A stretch of 64,000 nucleotides of DNA from the human T2T-CHM13v2.0 reference genome, Homo sapiens. The notes under the pieces were generated by a model. That model was not told the DNA's origin, made no database searches, and was given only the letters and a program-made list of their open reading frames with translations. The stretch's first letter is position 1, and each line of letters starts with the position of its first letter. The translations under genes were made by a program, and so were the position numbers. Shown here one piece after another: positions 34,158-47,524 of this stretch. The stretch is taken from NCBI RefSeq assembly GCF_009914755.1, contig NC_060936.1; one strand, 5' to 3'.

Positions 34158-34529
34158 ATCTTGACACAATGAGGTCTAAAGGAGCTAAATTTCAAATGGG
34201 AATAAGGTTTTCCTATATAAATAGAGACCTGTGACCATCAGGGTCACAGAGGTAAATCAGTCAATAGAAGAAGACACATAAAGAAGTGTGAATTAACACT
34301 TTATGAATTAACATAACAGAATTAACATAACAGAAGTTAGAATTAAAAAAACTTTAAAGTTAACATAAATATGTGAAACCAATTATTTGAAAAGCTGAAG
34401 AAAATGAATGGAAAGAAGGATAACATAAACCATGTATGGAATTTTAACAAAAAATAAACATACAACTAAAGCAATATTTAAGAATTTATTGGAGCACTTT
34501 AGAGCTCCATAAAAATGGGCAAAAACCAT

Positions 34530-34990
34530 TGTGAAAATTGATTTTATAACTTGGGTCATTCTCGTCATACCAAACTAAATCAGATTTGAGGGGCCAGGGG
34601 AAAAAACACTTAGGGGACATAGATAGCACCTGCTGCAAGAATTAAATTTTCCATAAGCCCAGCTGCTAAAACTGCTTATTATAAGCTGAAGCCAGTTTCA
34701 TCTAATAGCTACTAAAGCATTTGGGTATAACTCTAAGACTAGTTTTACCCACTTTTGTCACTCAGCAATCAGAGCCTGTCAGCTCCCCAAAACATTGCTA
34801 GCGTCAATGAACTTTTTTCAAAGCAATACATAACATTCCTCTTTTTTAGAAAACCTCCAACCTTCTCTTCATTTTTCAGATATAACAAAGACCACCTAGT
34901 CTTGTATGTATGCCCTGAAATGAATCTTTGCTGCACAAATACAACTTTCAAATTTTAAAATTTGTCTTTATACATTGTTTGACTTTGACA
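34530..34990 (+). mobile_element. ERV1-class solo LTR (subfamily not assigned)
   Basis: gaggggccaggggaaaaaacact...actctaagactagttttacccac...tttgactttgaca resembles MER4-group LTRs. Confidence 0.6.
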
Positions 34991-35750
34991 ACCTGTCCAA
35001 GCTCAATGGGTCATTAATATGTAAATAGATGCTCAAAATCATTATTCAGCAGAAATTGAAAATTAAAACCCTAATGAGTTACAAGACTGAAAATAGCAGA
35101 TATGGTTGAGATTGTGGAGCAAGTTAGGCTTTCATACAATGCCATAGATGTGAAAAACAGTATTATCTCCTTGGAAAACCCTTTTGCACTTTCTAATAAA
35201 ATTAAGAATTACTCTTCTAGATATATATCCAAAAGAAATGAGTGCTTATTTTTACAAAAAGGCTTCTATAATAATATCCATAGTAGTTTAATTTAATAAC
35301 AATATAACAATTATAACAGATAAAATCTGTTAACACCCCAAATACTCAACAGGAGGAAGGATAAATAAATCATGGTATAATCACAAAATAAAATATTTAG
35401 CAGAAGGGAGAATAAAAAGAATGAGCTTGTGATATACTCAACAAAATGAATAAACATCATAAACAGTATATTGAGCAAAAGAAAGTAGACATAATTGGAC
35501 ATACTGTTCAACTGAAATAAGGTTTAGGAATGGACAAATTAATCCATGGCACAAGAAGAATAGTGGTTACAGAGAGGGTTATATTGTCAGTCCAGGTGGA
35601 TAAGGCAACTTTCTAGCCAAGGGATGAAAACGTTTTTTATTTATATCTGTTTGGGTTGCACGTGGTTTGCATGCATATATAAATTATTAAACAAGTCTCT
35701 TTAAAATGTGTGGTTTTGCTTCATAGAGTGTACACCCGAATTCAAAATAG

Positions 35751-36065
<315 letters not shown>

Positions 36066-36239
36066 CAAAATAGCTTTTTAAAAGTCATACTTAATTTTTA
36101 AAAAATAATCTTGTGTACTTCTGATGAAGGAAATGTCTGTCAAAACTAGTTGATTGAAATCTTCTTTATCAAAAAATTTAATATGCATAATTTAAATGAA
36201 TACATCTATGCACCCAAGTTTACTTGGTTGTTATTATTG

Positions 36240-36605
<366 letters not shown>

Positions 36606-37232
36606 TTGATACTAACTTTAAATCTAATATCTTATATTCTCTTGGGAGGTTTTAGTGCTTTTATTTTCAGGCATTCAAAATACTTTTCTTCATTTATTAA
36701 TTTATCCACTGAATGATTATTTATTGGGTTCTATTATGTGGCAGAAGCTGTTATGTAAACAAGATGAATTTTTCCCTTCATGGAGTTTATATTTTAGTAA
36801 ATAGACTTTAGAAAAATCAGTCACAAATAAACTAATATGAAACAAGCAACACATAAACTAATAGAAAAATTAAATAACATAGCGTTATTTTCCCTAAGTT
36901 AGGAAGAAAGATGTTATATAAATGTATTCTAGAGATACACTTTAAATAGGATTATTTGTAGAAAAAGAAGGTTTTTGTATAAGTGTAAATGCTGAGAAGG
37001 GGTCAGACTAGGGGAAGAAAAAAAGAATAATTCAGTATAAGAGAAAGCAGGAGCAAAGAGTCTGAAACAGTAAAGAAAGTAAAGAAAGAAGGCTGGTAAC
37101 GCTATTTAATAATAGTGACCATGGGTGAGAGTGGGAGGAGGAGTGGGGCAGAAATGACATTTGAAGGAGTAACTGAGTATTGAATACATAGTTTTGCAAA
37201 TCACTATTTTTTTGATGTATAGAATATTATTA

Positions 37233-37585
37233 CAGACATACCTCATTTTACTTTGCTTCATTTTATTGCACTTTGCACATTGTTTTTTCACAACTTGGTT
37301 TGTGGCAACCCTGCAACAAGCAAGACTATTGGCACCATTTTTCCAACAGTATGTCCTCACCTCAAGTCTCTGTATTAGCCTTTTTCGATAATAAAATATT
37401 TTTAATTAAGGTATGTACTTTTTTGACACAATGCTACTGCACACTTAATAGATTAAAGTATAATGTGAACATAATTTTTATATATACTGAGAAACCACAA
37501 ACTTTGTGTAATTTGCTTTAGTGCAGCGTTCACTTTACTGAAGTTAGCTAGAACTGAACCTACAATATCCAAGTTATGGGTGTAT
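37233..37585 (+). mobile_element. Tigger1 internal-deletion derivative (both ends kept)
   Basis: 5' end cagacatacctcatttta...ggtttgtggcaaccctgc joined to the 3' end ...ctagaactgaacctacaatatccaagttatgggtg, with TA flanks. Confidence 0.85.
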
Positions 37586-37680
37586 TATTCTAGGAAACAA
37601 GAAGGAGTTCAAGGATTTAAAGCTAGCTAATAATGTGATAGATTTGTATATGAAAAGACTAATGTAAATGCTGTGTGCAG

Positions 37681-37973
37681 GCCTGGTGCAGTGGCTCACA
37701 CCTGTAATCTTAGCATTTCCAGAGGCTAAGGCAAGGAGATTGTTGAGGCCAGGAGTTCAAGAACAGCCTGAGCAATGTAGGGAGACACTGTCCTAAAAAA
37801 TAATAGACAGCTGGTCATGGTGGTGCTTGCCTGTGATCCCAATGACTCAGGAGGATGGGGCAGCAGATCCCTTGAGGCTGGGATGTCAAAGCTGCAGAGA
37901 ACCATGATTGCATCACTGCGCTCCAACATGGGTGACATAATGAGACCCTGTTTCTAAAAAATAAATAAATAAA
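37681..37973 (+). mobile_element. AluJ
   Basis: Diverged dimer with a (taaa)n tail and aaat(g/a)ctgtg on both flanks. Confidence 0.9.
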
Positions 37974-38139
37974 TACTGTGCATAGAATAGATTTTAGGAA
38001 ACGTAGAGGATTGTCAGTGATGAAAAAGGAGAAATCAACAAATAATTATAATTTATGTTATTCATCAATGTCACAGTAGGTTCCAAACTTATCTACAGAA
38101 AGGAGACAATTTGGTTATTCAATACAACAATAGCAAATG

Positions 38140-41100
38140 AAAAAGGTGTTGCTCTACATCACTAAGTATTACAAAAATGCAAATCAAAGCCATAATGACA
38201 TATCACCTCACAACAGTTAGGATGACTACTATCAAAACGTCAAAAGATAAGTGTGGAGAAAAAAAGGAACCCTTATACATTGTTGAGAGGAAAGCAAATT
38301 GGTACAATTGTCATGGAAAACAGTATGGAGATACTTCAAAAAAAATGGAACTCCTATATGATTCAGCAATCATACCTTTGCATATATATACTAAGAAAAT
38401 AAAATAATCTCAAAGAGATATCTGCACTTTCACATTTATTGCAGCATTATTCACAATAGCCACAATAAGAGAACAAGTAATCCCATTTACAATAGTTATA
38501 AATTAAAATACAACATCTAAGAATAAACTTAATCAAAGAGGTGAAAGATTTCCACAATGAAAACTATAAAACACTGATGCAAGTAATTGAAGAGGACACA
38601 AAAAAACAAAAAGATATTCCATGTTCATGGATTGGAATAATCAATATTGTTAAAATGTCCATATTACCCAAAACAATTTGCAGATTCAATGCAATTCCTA
38701 TCAAAATACCAATGAGATTCTTCACAGAAATAAAAACAATCCTAAAATTTATATGAAACCACGAAAGACCCAGAGTAGCCAAAGCCACTCTGAGCAAAAA
38801 GAACAAAACTGGAGGAATCATATTACCTGACTTCATATTATACTAGTTACTGTAACCAAAATAGCATGATGCTCTCCCCAGTTAAAATGGCTTTTATCCA
38901 AAAGACAGGCAATAATGAATGCTGGCAAGGATGTAGAGAAAAGGGAACTCTCATACTGTTGGTGGGAGTATAAATTAGTACATCTACTATGGAGAACAGT
39001 ATGGAGGTTCCTCAAAAAACTAAAAATAGAACTACAATATGATCCAGCAAATCCCACTGCTGGATATACACCCAAAAGACAGGAAATCAGTATGCCAAAG
39101 AGATATCTTCACTCCCGTATTTATTGTAGTACTATTCACAAAAGCCAAGATTTGGAATAACAGATACATCAAACAACTGAACTGAATAGAGAACCCAGAA
39201 CTAAATCCATACATCTACAGTGAATTAATTTTTGATGGAGGTGCCAAGAATATACTTTTGGGAAAGGACAGTCTCTTCAATAAACAGTGCTGGGAAAACA
39301 GGATATCCATATGCAGATGAATGAAATTAGACCACATCTCTCACCATATACAAAAATCAAATCAAAATGAATTAAATACTTAAATTTAACACAACAAACT
39401 ATAAAACTACTACAAGAAAACATTGAGAAAACTCTCCAGAATATTGATCTGTGGGAAGATTTTTTGTGTAGTACTCTACAAGTACAGGCAACCAAAGCAA
39501 AAATGGACAAATGGAATCACTTCACATTTAAAAGCTTCTGAACAGCAAAGAAAACAATCAACACAATGAAGAGATAACCTATGGAATGAGATAAAATATT
39601 TGCAAACTACCCATCTGACAAAGGATTAATGACCAGAATACATAAGGAGCTCAAATAACTCAATAGGAAAAAATCAAATAATCTGATTTTTAAATGGGCA
39701 AAAGATCTAAATAGATAACCCTCAGAAGAACACATACAAATGGCAAACAGGTACATTAAAAAGTGCTCAATATCATTGATCATCAGAGAAATGCAAATCA
39801 AAACTACAATGAGATGTCATCTCTCCCCAGTTAAAATGGCTTTTATCCAAAAGACAGGCAATAATGAATGCTGGCAAGGATGTAGAGAAAAGGGAACTCT
39901 CATACACTGTTGGTGAGAGTATAAATTAGTACATCTACTATGGAGAACAGTATGGAGGTTCCTCAAAAAACTAAAAATAGAACTACAATATGATCCAGCA
40001 AATCCCACTGCTGGATATACACCCAAAAGACAGGAAATCAGTATGTCAAAGAGATATCTGCACTCCCATATTTATTGTAGTACTATTCACAAAAGCCAAG
40101 ATTTGGAATCAACTTAAGTGTCCATCAACACATGAAAGGACAAGGAAAATGTGGTATATATACACAAGGGAGTATTATTCAGCCATAAAAAAGAATGAGA
40201 TCCATTCATTTGCAACAACATGGATGGAAATGGAGGACATTATGTTAACTGAAATAACCCATATAGAGAAAGGCAAACTTCACATATTCTCACTCATTTG
40301 TGGGAGCTAAAAATTGAACTCATGAAGATAGAGAGTTGAAGGATGGTTACCAGAGGCTGGGAGGAGTAGTACAGGTGGGGGGAAAGTGGGAGTGATTATT
40401 GAGTACAAAAATATGAGTTAGATAGAATGAATAAGATCTAGTATTTGATAGCACAACAGGGTGATTATAGTTAATAATAATTTACTGTATAGTTAAAAAT
40501 AACTAAAAGATTATAGCTGGAATTTTTGTAATACACAAAAAGATGACAAAAGCTTGAGGTGATGGATATCCTATTTACCATGATGTGATTATTATGCATT
40601 GTATGCCTATGTCAAAATATCTCATATATCCCATAAATATGTACAACTACTATGTGCCCATAAAAATTGAAAATGAAAAACACAACAAAGTACGAAAACA
40701 ATCTCATTGTCCATCAATGAATAAATAAATACAGGAAATATCACATATATGAACAGACACCTTTCAAAAGAAGACATACACATGACTGACAAGCATATGA
40801 AATAATGCTCAACATCACTAATCATTAGAGAAATACAAATCAAACCACAATGAGACACCTTCTCACACCAATCAGAATGGCTACTATTAAAAATTAAAAA
40901 AGAACAGATCCTGGTGAGATTGCGGGGAAAAGGGAATGATTGTACAGTGTTGGTGGGAATGTAAATTAGTTCAGCCATTGTGGGAAGCAGTCTGGTGATT
41001 TCTCAACTTAAAACAGAACTACTATTCAACCCAGCAATCCCACTATTGGACGTATACCCAAGGGAATATAAATCACTCTACCATAAAGACACACACATAC

Positions 41101-42105
41101 ATATGTTCACTGTAGCACTATTCACAATAGAAAAGACATGAAATCAACCTAGCTATGACAGATGGGATAAAGAAAACATGTGACATATACACCATGGAAT
41201 ACTACATAGCCATAAAAAGAACAAGATCCTGTCCTTTGCAGCAACATGGATGAAGATGGAGACCACTATCCTAATGCAAGAACAGAAAACCAAATACTGC
41301 AAGTTCTCACTTATAATTGGGAGCTAAAATTGAGTACACATGAACACAAAGAAGGGAAAAAAAGACACCGAGGCCTACTTGAGGGTGGAGGGTGGGAAGA
41401 GGATGGGTATAGAGAAGCTACCTATTGGGTACCATGCTTATTACCTAGTGACAAAATAATCTGTACACCAAACCCCCATTGCATGCAACTTACCTATATT
41501 ACAAATCTGCACATGTACACCTGAAACAAAAAGTTTTTTTTTAAAAAATATCAAGTTTGTATTACACACACTCACACATGCAAGTGTACATACACACAAA
41601 GGAATCATATTCAACCTTTAAAAAGAGGGAAATCTACCATTTGCAATGACATGGATGAACCTAAAAGATAGCATGCTAAGTGAAATAAAATAGACAAAGA
41701 AAGACAAATATACATGATCTCATGTATATATGGAATGTAAAACATGGAACTCATAGAAATAAAGAGTAGATCTGTGGTTACCATGTACCACTAGGTGAGG
41801 AAAAGGGGGAGATGTTGGTCAGAGGGTACAAACTTGCAGCTATAAAGTGAATAAGTTCTGGAGATCTAGGGTACAGCATGGTCACTATAGTAATAATAAT
41901 GTGTCATATACTTGAAATTTGCTAAAAGTAGACCTCAAGTATTTTCACAACACCACCAACAGCAAAGCCAACTATGTGAGATGGTTAATTAGCTTTCCTG
42001 TGGTAATCATTTTACATTGTAGAGTTGTATCAAAACATCACTTGTACAGCTTAAATATATACTATCTTTGTCTGTTATAACTCAATGAAGATAAAAATAA
42101 AATAA
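38140..42105 (+). mobile_element. Nested L1 cluster: old L1M host (38140-38470, 40695-40745, 41590-42105) with L1MA (~38470-40680) and L1PB-like (~40748-41550) inserts
   Basis: Three ORF2 C-terminal regions and three distinct 3' UTRs. The host sequence continues across both inserts. Confidence 0.8.
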
Positions 42106-42869
42106 AATGCATTGTTCTAGTATCCTTTTACTCTTTTAATAAAAGTCTTTAAATAATTTTTGTTTTACTTATTTATGTTGGCAGATGGTAGCTACTTCAT
42201 CTTCAATTAGGATTTCATAAATTCTCACTTGGTGCATAGTTTTGCCCTGGAGTTTCATACAAAAAAAGTGTGTGTTTTTTACTGAGTATGTTTCCGAATT
42301 ATACAATCCAGGGGTAAATTCAGTATTTTTTAAATTTCTAAGTTATGTGGAATTATGAGTTATGAACTTTTTGTAAATTTTGGGAAGCATCTACTTTATA
42401 AAACACTAAGATCTTCTCTAAGGAAAATAAAAGAATTTTTGAGTGAATTCATGTTTTATGACCAAAAACTTTAAATTGTTCCATGGGGGACTCTGAATAA
42501 GTTAGCAGTTTAGATAAGCAGCCTTTGCGTTTTCAAGCTTAAATTTATTTTATTAAGTAACAAAAATGTAAAGATTTTACATGGTTATTTTCACCAACTT
42601 TGAGCTTTCTTTATTTGTACAGCCACTCACTCTTACTTCACCACATCTAGCCCAGTACAAAAAAGCTAGAGAACAAATGCAAGAAATTCTTGTCTTTATG
42701 TTTAAAAGTCCTGATTCAGGTTTGAAACAGAAAAGATTCTGAAAGATATATGATACACTTAGTTTATGTGCTTCCTCACACACTCGTATTTAAAAATTTA
42801 TTATGTATGTGTGTGTTTCTGCTATACCACACAGAAAAAAATGTCTCTCTTTGTATAATGTTATAGTCT

Positions 42870-43355
42870 ACTGTGGCTAAAAATATTGTCACCATTGTAC
42901 TGTCCTCCCGCAGACATTATTTGTTCTCCGAATTTTATACTTCATTATGCTCCAGATGACATTCAATTGCCATTATCTGCATGATGTTGCCCCAGAGCTT
43001 TCTTAGAAGCCATAAAAGCCAATTTTAAACCCCTAACCACAGACCTGAAGTGCCAGGGATTAATACACTTGGAGCAACCCTCAAGCTACAACAATCTAAA
43101 ATCAGTCATCTGTCATCTCTCAGGTGGGACAGCTCCAAGAACTGTTACTCGCCTTTTCCCAGACAGTCCTGCCATTGCCCCAATGACAGACTAGCTTGAT
43201 AAGATGTTTTTTTACATCTTATCAAGAAGGAAGATGGCTTCCTTCCCTTCCCTGTCTCACTATCTCACACCACTACTGAACATACTTTAACTTCCTCCGA
43301 TTACTTAAATTTAAATTCTTTTCCCAGGGTCTATTTTAGGGAAAAACAAGCTATA
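42870..43355 (+). mobile_element. LTR16-like ERVL solo LTR
   Basis: tcaggtgggacagctcc...cttccttcccttccctgtctcac...cagggtctattttaggga. Confidence 0.6.
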
Positions 43356-44453
43356 GTACCTACTATATTTTAAGTCTTTTAGAGTTAGGGACAGTACAGT
43401 ATTATATTATTCTTCATATCCACAACACACTCACATGAATGTCTCCTAAACATAGCAAATACTTCAATAAATAATCAAATTGACTGTGTGGTTACAATTG
43501 CAAATATTCTCATAATGTTGAGAAAATATGTGATCTGTCTTTCATAAATCTACTGCACCTTTTGTGAACCCTGACCTTCACCTTTTACTGTTCCAAAGAA
43601 TCAGAATAAGGATATTTGATACATGTTTTAAAAATGAAATAAGTTCATTAAACACATTTTTAAAGTAAATAAAAAGTAAAAATAATTTGTAATTCCATAA
43701 TTCTGAAGTAGCCATTGTCAATATTGTATAGCTTCTGTCAGTAGTTTTTAAAATGTGTGCTGAAGTCAAGTTTGGAATCATGTATTTATTATCTTTTGAT
43801 CACAATAATAACATGTAATAATAGAAGGAATTTTGCTTCCAAACAAGGTGGTTAACAGGGACTATCTTTGTCCTGCCCCCTGAGAAAAATGAAAAGAACA
43901 AAGTACATGAGACAATGGTTTTCAACACAGTAGCATTAGACATCAATTAACCAAAGACAATGACTCCTGAGAGTCAGGAAACAATAGAGGTGGGCCGTAT
44001 GATTGCCCCCTTTTTATTGTCTAAGGAGAGATTTGAGGCTTCATTTCAGGAAAGAACTTACGTAGAGAAATGCAGTCATTCTAAGTAGTGGAGATACAGC
44101 TGTAAGCTCAGGAAGATCAAGAAAGCTGGAATAAACAGAGAAGGGTGCCAGAAGGAAGAGAAAAGAGGGAGGGAGAAAAGAGAGAGAGAGAGAGAGAATC
44201 TAGCCATCTGCAGAGGTGCCCCTCAAGACTTAGCTGTGTATTAATCATTGCATATGTGTGAATAATCTACTGAGGCTGGTAAAAGGATGACCAGAAAGGA
44301 TATAGTAGAAAAGTTCTAGCCAACATGGCAAACCTTATAATTATGGAATATTAGGGAAAGTATTCAGAAGGGTTTTCCCTCAATAGTAGGAAAAATTAGG
44401 TTTACATTAAATATTATTCTTGCCTTGCCTAACAAAGTTTAAAAGTGAGAACT

Positions 44454-44778
44454 GGGCCTGGTGCAGTGCCTTACACCTGTAATCCTAACACCCTGGGAGG
44501 CTGAGGCATGAGGATTGCTTGACCCCAGGAATTTGAGACCAGTCTGGGCAACGTGGAGAGATTCTGTCTCTATAAAACTTAAAAAAAAATAAAAAAAAAT
44601 AAAAAGCCGAGAGTGGTGGCATGCACCTGTGGTCCCAGCTTCACTGAATGTAGAGGAGGGAAGGGCATGTGAGCTGGGAGGTCTAGGCTGCAGTGAGCCA
44701 AGATCCTGCCACTGCGCTGCAGCCTGGGCAAAAGAGGGAGACCCTATCTCTAAGAAAAAAAAAAGAAAAAAGAGAAAA
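44454..44778 (+). mobile_element. AluJ
   Basis: Diverged dimer with aaaagtgagaa on both flanks. Confidence 0.9.
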
Positions 44779-45636
44779 GTGAGAAATGAAAGGATTAAAC
44801 TCTTCCAGATATCTCATCCCCAAAAATAAGCTCAAATATTATTTATAGGGAATACCTTTACACAATAAGGAGAAATTTACAACATCTGGCTTCCAATTTA
44901 AAAAGTAGCAGATATGCAAAGAAGCAAGAAAATGTGACTTATTATGAAGAGAAAGATGAATTCATGAAATTAGACCTATAAATGACTCAGATAATAAAAT
45001 TAATGGAAAAGGACAATAAATCATCTCTTATAACTGGAAATCATAGGTGAACTTTTTTTCAATAATAGTTTTAGCCTTGTCTTTCATATTGGCAGGTAAA
45101 AAATCAACCACCAAATTTGAAGCATAGAAGAAAATAGTTACTGAGGTTGCTTATAATCATTCCTACTCTCTGTATTCCCTGAGATACTCCTATAGTGCTT
45201 AATGTGAATAGTTTGTTAATATTGCTGTAAAGTATTATATTGTATAATTTGAAGACAGACTATGCTATTTTATTATACTCCATCAATCTATATCATTAGA
45301 CTGATGCCCTATCAAAAATGCTTTGTTTGTATAATATATTTTGACAAATTTTACTACCATATGTTCTGTAATAAGTATGAATTTTTGTACTTGCAGAAAC
45401 TGCTGCTAACTTTTAAAGTTGTTTGGTTTTCAAGGCACTGATGATGGATATGTACGAAGTCCATGCTGTCTGCAGAATTAACCATCACACCAGAGCAATA
45501 TGGCTTTTTGTAGAATTGTCCTAGTTAATGAGCCCAAACTTTGCCTGACGTTGGAAATTTCATAGAGCGTAATTAATGTTGAATTGAATTTTGAGCTTTT
45601 AGTCAGAACCTATGGTCAAGTGCTTTTAGGAACAGT

Positions 45637-45834
45637 GTTTTGTTTTGTTTTTTTTGTTTTGTTTTTATTTTGCTTTAAGTCTGGGATACATGTGCAGAAT
45701 GTGCAGGTTTGTTACAGAAGTATACATTTGCCATGGTGGTTTGCTGCACCTATCAATTCAACATCTAGGTTTTAAGCCCCGCATGCATTAGGTATTTGTC
45801 CTAATGTTCTCCCTCCCCTTACCCCCAACCCCCC
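45637..45834 (-). mobile_element. Short L1PA (L1PA8-like) 3' end
   Basis: T-rich tail, then tttaagtctgggatacatgtgcagaatgtgcagg...catgcattaggtatttgtcctaatg. Confidence 0.9.
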
Positions 45835-47524
45835 AGGTGAACATTTAAAAATAGAGATGAAAATCAAACTTCATCTGTAGTACAAAAAATGTTAAAGGAA
45901 ACCCTTCAGGCAGAAGGAAAATGATGCAATTGAAAAGCTGGATGTTCACAAAAGAACATGAGAAATGATAACTATATGGGTAAATATAAAAGATTTTTTG
46001 TTATTATTCACATCTCTTAAAAATATATAAAGCAAAAATAATACAACTTATATGGAAATAAAATGTATGGCAAGTATAACACAAATGTCAGAGGGGGAAG
46101 AATGAAAACATAATTTTGAAGGTCATTGTATTTATGGTGAACTGTGTATCTTAAACGTAGGGTGTGATAAGGTCAAGATATATACAATAACACTGAAGCA
46201 ACTACTGAAAGCACTAGTAGGCCAAAGAAGGATATAAAATGAATTTATAAGTAATACTCAATTCAAAACACAACACAAAAAGAAGAAAAATAGATTTAAC
46301 AAGATATAAAAATAGAAAATAGCAATATATCAGATTTTAACTCTATATTATCAATAATCACATTACATTTAAATGGTCTAAACACACTAATAATTAACAG
46401 ATATCATCAGAATGGATTTTAAAAGTCAAGAGCCATCTAAGCAGTTTCTATAAGATGTCCACTTTTTAAAGACACAACTAGATTAAAGGTTAAAAAAATA
46501 GAAAATATACACCATATTAACATTAATCAAAAGAAATCAGGAGCATCTATATTAATATCAGACAAGCAGTATTTTAAAATGATATGTGGGTCAATTCATC
46601 CAGAGAATATAACCATTCTAAACGTGTATACATCTAATAAAATGCATGAAACAAAAACTGAGAGACCTGTAAAGAAAAATAGGCATATCCATAATTATAG
46701 TAGAAGACATCAACACTCCTCTCTCAATAACTCATAGAAATAAGACTATTTCATATAAGTAGACATAAGAAATAAGTAAGAATATAGGAGACTTTAAAAG
46801 CATTCTCAACCTACTTTATCTTCTTGATAATTACTCAATACTACACCCAAGAAAAAGTAAAATATACATTTGCTGGAAGTGCATTAAGAACAATTACCAA
46901 GTAAGACCATATTCTATGCCATAAAACAAAATTCAATAAATATAAAAGCTTTCATAAAAAGTTCAAACATGTACAGACCATATGTCATAGCTATTACACT
47001 CGTAGATATTTACCCAAGAGAAATAGCAGCATTTGCATACAAAGAACTATACACAAATGCCGATACCATTTATTTCTTAATAGACCCAAACTGGAAGGAA
47101 CCCAAATGTCATCAACAGGTGAATAAATAAATAAATTGCAGTGTATCCATAAAATGGAATACTTTCTGCAATAAAAAGTAATGAGTTATTGTCACTCACA
47201 AAGAAATGGGTGGATCTGAAAATAATTACGATGAGGCCAGATTCCAGGTCTGCAAAATTCTAGAAAATTCAAACTAACTTATAGTGGCAGAAATCGGATC
47301 AGTGTTTGCTTGGGGAAGAAGAAAGGGAGCAGTAAGGAGAGATTATAAAGAGGCCCAAGAAAACTAAACTTTTGAGTGTAGTTAATATTCTCATTTTTCT
47401 GACTTTGCTAATAATTTTATGAATGTATACATATATCAAAATATTGAACTATACACTTTAAGTATGTGCAGTTTATTGCATGTCAATTACAGCCTCAATA
47501 AAGCTATTTTAATACAATAGTCAT

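Larger units (their letters stand above)
43850..47515 (+). mobile_element. Very old L1M (L1MC/ME-type) fragments, with inserts
   Basis: Diverged 5'/ORF1-like, endonuclease-like (ttacatttaaatggtctaaacacactaat) and 3' UTR-like segments. Confidence 0.6.

Noticed and set aside
33886-34234. Lys/Glu/Arg-rich and Phe/Leu/Ser-rich ORFs
   Set aside because: Translations of a (GAAA)n microsatellite.
34210-34260. TATA-like tatataaata, an 8-bp inverted repeat ctgtgacc-atcag-ggtcacag and a possible splice donor
   Set aside because: Short motifs expected by chance in AT-rich DNA. The half-sites are everted rather than in ERE orientation, and there is no supporting context.
33160-34335. Small tandem duplications (ctagtaagttaaaa x2 near 33160-33205; gaattaacataaca x2 near 34305-34335)
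   Set aside because: Ordinary slippage duplications.
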